DNA of 64,000 nucleotides. It comes from Torpedo marmorata. Lineage: Eukaryota. Position numbers and translations under genes: made by a program. A model generated the notes under the pieces. The model worked only from the letters and a program-made list of their open reading frames with translations. It had not been told where the DNA came from and did not search any database. Location of the stretch: positions 59,334,001 to 59,398,000 of the forward strand of contig OZ360238.1 of the NCBI GenBank assembly GCA_977017645.1. Direction: 5' to 3'. Each line of letters starts with the position of its first letter. The stretch's first letter is position 1. Positions 61,441-64,000 of the stretch are shown in pieces.

Positions 61441-63698
61441 AGTTTTCGACAGGAAGAAACAATGATGACACAACTAAGCTGAATGATATAACTATATATT
61501 CTTCATTTTGTGTGAAGGTATGTATGTTTATCTTCTCACAAGGTTTAAAGGGAGAAAATGCCATCGACAATCATTCAAATTAGAGAAAATTCAAAAAGTA
61601 AATAAAATATGTGATTTTCAATTGACTTTTCCATGCTCAGAAAAACAAAGACTAATGTTTGGTATTTCTCAACCTCATTCCAACTTCACCCATTGTTTAC
61701 TGGCATCATGAACAGCCAGCACATTCACCCAGTGCTTGCCTAAGCCCCAGGATGAACAAATGCCATCTCTATTGTGTTGTTGGCCTAGCTTTGAAGCAAC
61801 CGCAGTTCTTTGTCTGCCATACTAATCCGTTTATTAGGCTTTCCTGATTGTTCTCTCTGAATATCACCACAAAAGCTTGTCTTGTGAACAAAAATGTCAG
61901 TGTGAAAAGAAGGGATATCCAGCAATTCTGAGCACAGAAGACCTGTGCTACAACTTTCCAGGAGTAGTTGATGTTGAGACTGAGACAAAGGGTGGATAAG
62001 GTTCTATTCTTCAAGCCGAGCTCCTTTAAGAGAAGAGGACAGTGATTTTGTGGCTTTTGTTGCCGAAAGGAAGGAGCAGGACTCTCCCACTGAATTGGAA
62101 TAGTAACAAGTGGGGCTGGGACCTCTGGCTTTTGTAGTGCACTCATCTGAGAGACTGTGCTTTTCTCAGCCCTTCAGATTTATTTTTCCAAAGTTACAGG
62201 GCAATTATGGAAATGTGCCCTTTGAAGCTCAGTCGATTTCTCTTTATTTTCTTCCTCCTGACAAAGCAAAGCTTCTCTCGCAGCTCAATATATTTTTCCG
62301 CAAGTAGGCAATCATTACATGAAGGTTCAAAGGAATCACTCCAGCAGTCACTTGACCAATGATAAAAAGTTTTAATAAATGCAAGTTAAAAGACAGCCTT
62401 TAAAGGTTATGAGAAGGAGGTGCGATACAACACCGGCTGAGTAACACCTAGAAATGGATTCATGTAAACTACGTGTTAGCACATGTCATCTTTCCTTTGA
62501 ACAGGCCCCAGTGAGTTAAGATTGCAGATGACTGCCAGGCATGCAATATGTTTGGCAAAATCATCAGGTTTGCTGCCATAAGTTCCAGCCATGCCAATAC
62601 ATTTGTCAGTACTACAAATTTAGCAGAATGAACACTGTACACTCCCTGCCACACATCTGACAAGCAGAAGACAATCAATAGCTCTGTACTCTCATCCTTA
62701 CACTATTTATCACCACAATACAGAATCTTGCCATGCCATGTGAACCAGGGAGACATTTTCTCTTCTTCTTCATATGTTGAAGTTGAGGAAGCACAATGCA
62801 GGTCATTCTGGCCAGCTGCAGGCTCAGAGAAAATAAATATGGAAAATAGAGTTGCAACCACATGAGATATTTATACTCTGCCATGGTGCAGTGTAATTTT
62901 TCCACAGCAATGCTCTGCAATGCGTTCTTAATTTTCTGCTGGTTTTAACAGTTCAAACTGACATTTTTTAGCAATGATAGAAAAATAGAAGCAAAAAATT
63001 TAAATTGGCGATGTCACCACTAAGGTTTTTGCACCAGAAAGAAAAACAAATTTTGCTTTGGAGAACTATGCAACACAAAATCTAATTGTTTGCATGCTTT
63101 AAATTCATATTAAATTCACCTGGATTCTTCAACAAATATCTTTAATCAAGTTGAAGAGCAAAGCATGAAGAGCAAAGTGCAAAATAAAACATCAGCACCA
63201 TTTTTGAAACTTTCTTTTTAAATATACACAAACTCTGTATTGGTACTTGAATAGTAAAGAGATATGGGTTGCAGTCTACGTGTGTCTTTTAAATAGTGTT
63301 CCCACCCGGAAGCCTGTCTGATTGACAAGCTCAATTCCTTAGCAGGCAGGGAACATCTCAGTGGAGGTCGCAGGCCAGTGTGATCTTGTGACGGGAGAGG
63401 GTGAAACTATTGCTAGGGTCCAATTATGTGGGAGGTGTCTGATAGGTGTAGGTTAGATTGTGGATAGGGAGGAAATATCCCTGCTCCTATTTGCAGTGCT
63501 GGCAAAAGCTCATCTTGTTCATCCAACAACTGTTGTTTCCTTTGGCTGCCATACCTGGGAGACCCAGCCAGAGTTGTATTTTAAATGAAGCTAAAAATCT
63601 GAGGAAAGTTGCCATTTTGAAGTATTTAAATGAGCAACCAAATGCTGGGAATGGGCTGGTCTTGCTAAGAGGAATGGTTTGACAGTCTAGTTCAATTT

Positions 63699-63825
63699 AA
63701 GTCAAGTTCAAATTCATTATCCTCTGACTGTACATATACAGTACAACCCGACAAAACAGCATTTCTCCAGATGACGGTGTACAAACAGACACACACAATA
63801 CACAGTAGATAATAATCACATATAT
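63699..63825 (-). mobile_element. Older Rex1/Babar-like 3' UTR fragment
   Basis: aagtcaagttcaaattcattatcctctgactgtaca...caacccgacaaaacagc, similar to 3541-3690. Confidence 0.55.
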
Positions 63826-63891
63826 CCTAGACTTGGAGGTTAGGAGAGTAGAAGGAAACTTGACAGAAATAGAAACAAATTCTGAAGGGTC

Positions 63892-64000
63892 TTTTTTTTA
63901 TTATTTTATTTAAACTTTTAAATCACAAAATACATAAGATAAAATATAAATTTATCAAAATACATGTGATATATTTTCACCCCCCCACCCTCCCTCCCCT
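63892..64000 (-). mobile_element. L1/Tx1-like 3' end, same family as 1-281
   Basis: Reverse complement gagggtggg...gaaaat...tcacatgta...tgtgatttaaaa.tttaaataaaata matches 130-240. Confidence 0.6.

Noticed and set aside
63260-63510. Possible ancient SINE-like repeat (also ~16600-16800 and ~10720-11080)
   Set aside because: Too degenerate to assign to a family by eye.
44540-64000. Exons of fto or other neighbouring genes
   Set aside because: No recognisable non-TE coding sequence. Small exons cannot be excluded without alignment.

Overview
This is eukaryotic vertebrate genomic DNA, most likely from a cartilaginous fish (probably a batoid), inferred from HE1-like V-SINEs, SacSINE1-like DeuSINEs, shark-type CR1 and Penelope fragments. 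The only host gene is a complete four-exon Iroquois homeobox gene, irx3, on the + strand (CDS 36702-36914, 37445-38459, 39124-39190, 39395-39449; 449 aa; TALE homeodomain plus IRO box). It lies in a CpG-rich, almost transposon-free domain with many candidate conserved non-coding elements. The flanks are a gene desert with Rex1/Babar-like LINEs of several tail types, CR1, L2, L1, SINEs, and hAT and Tc1/pogo-like MITEs. The most interesting mobile-DNA observations are: (1) 100-160 bp Penelope-derived insertions with 13-bp target-site duplications (TSDs) built around a minimal hammerhead-ribozyme motif; (2) a 5S-rRNA-headed SINE whose tail resembles Rex1/Babar-type tails; (3) a composite hAT MITE dimer that moved as one unit with a captured spacer; (4) a nested element with two independent inverted duplications. 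Two N-runs sit inside enhancer-like sequence and may be masked rather than true gaps. Family assignments come from motif recognition only; no searches were run.
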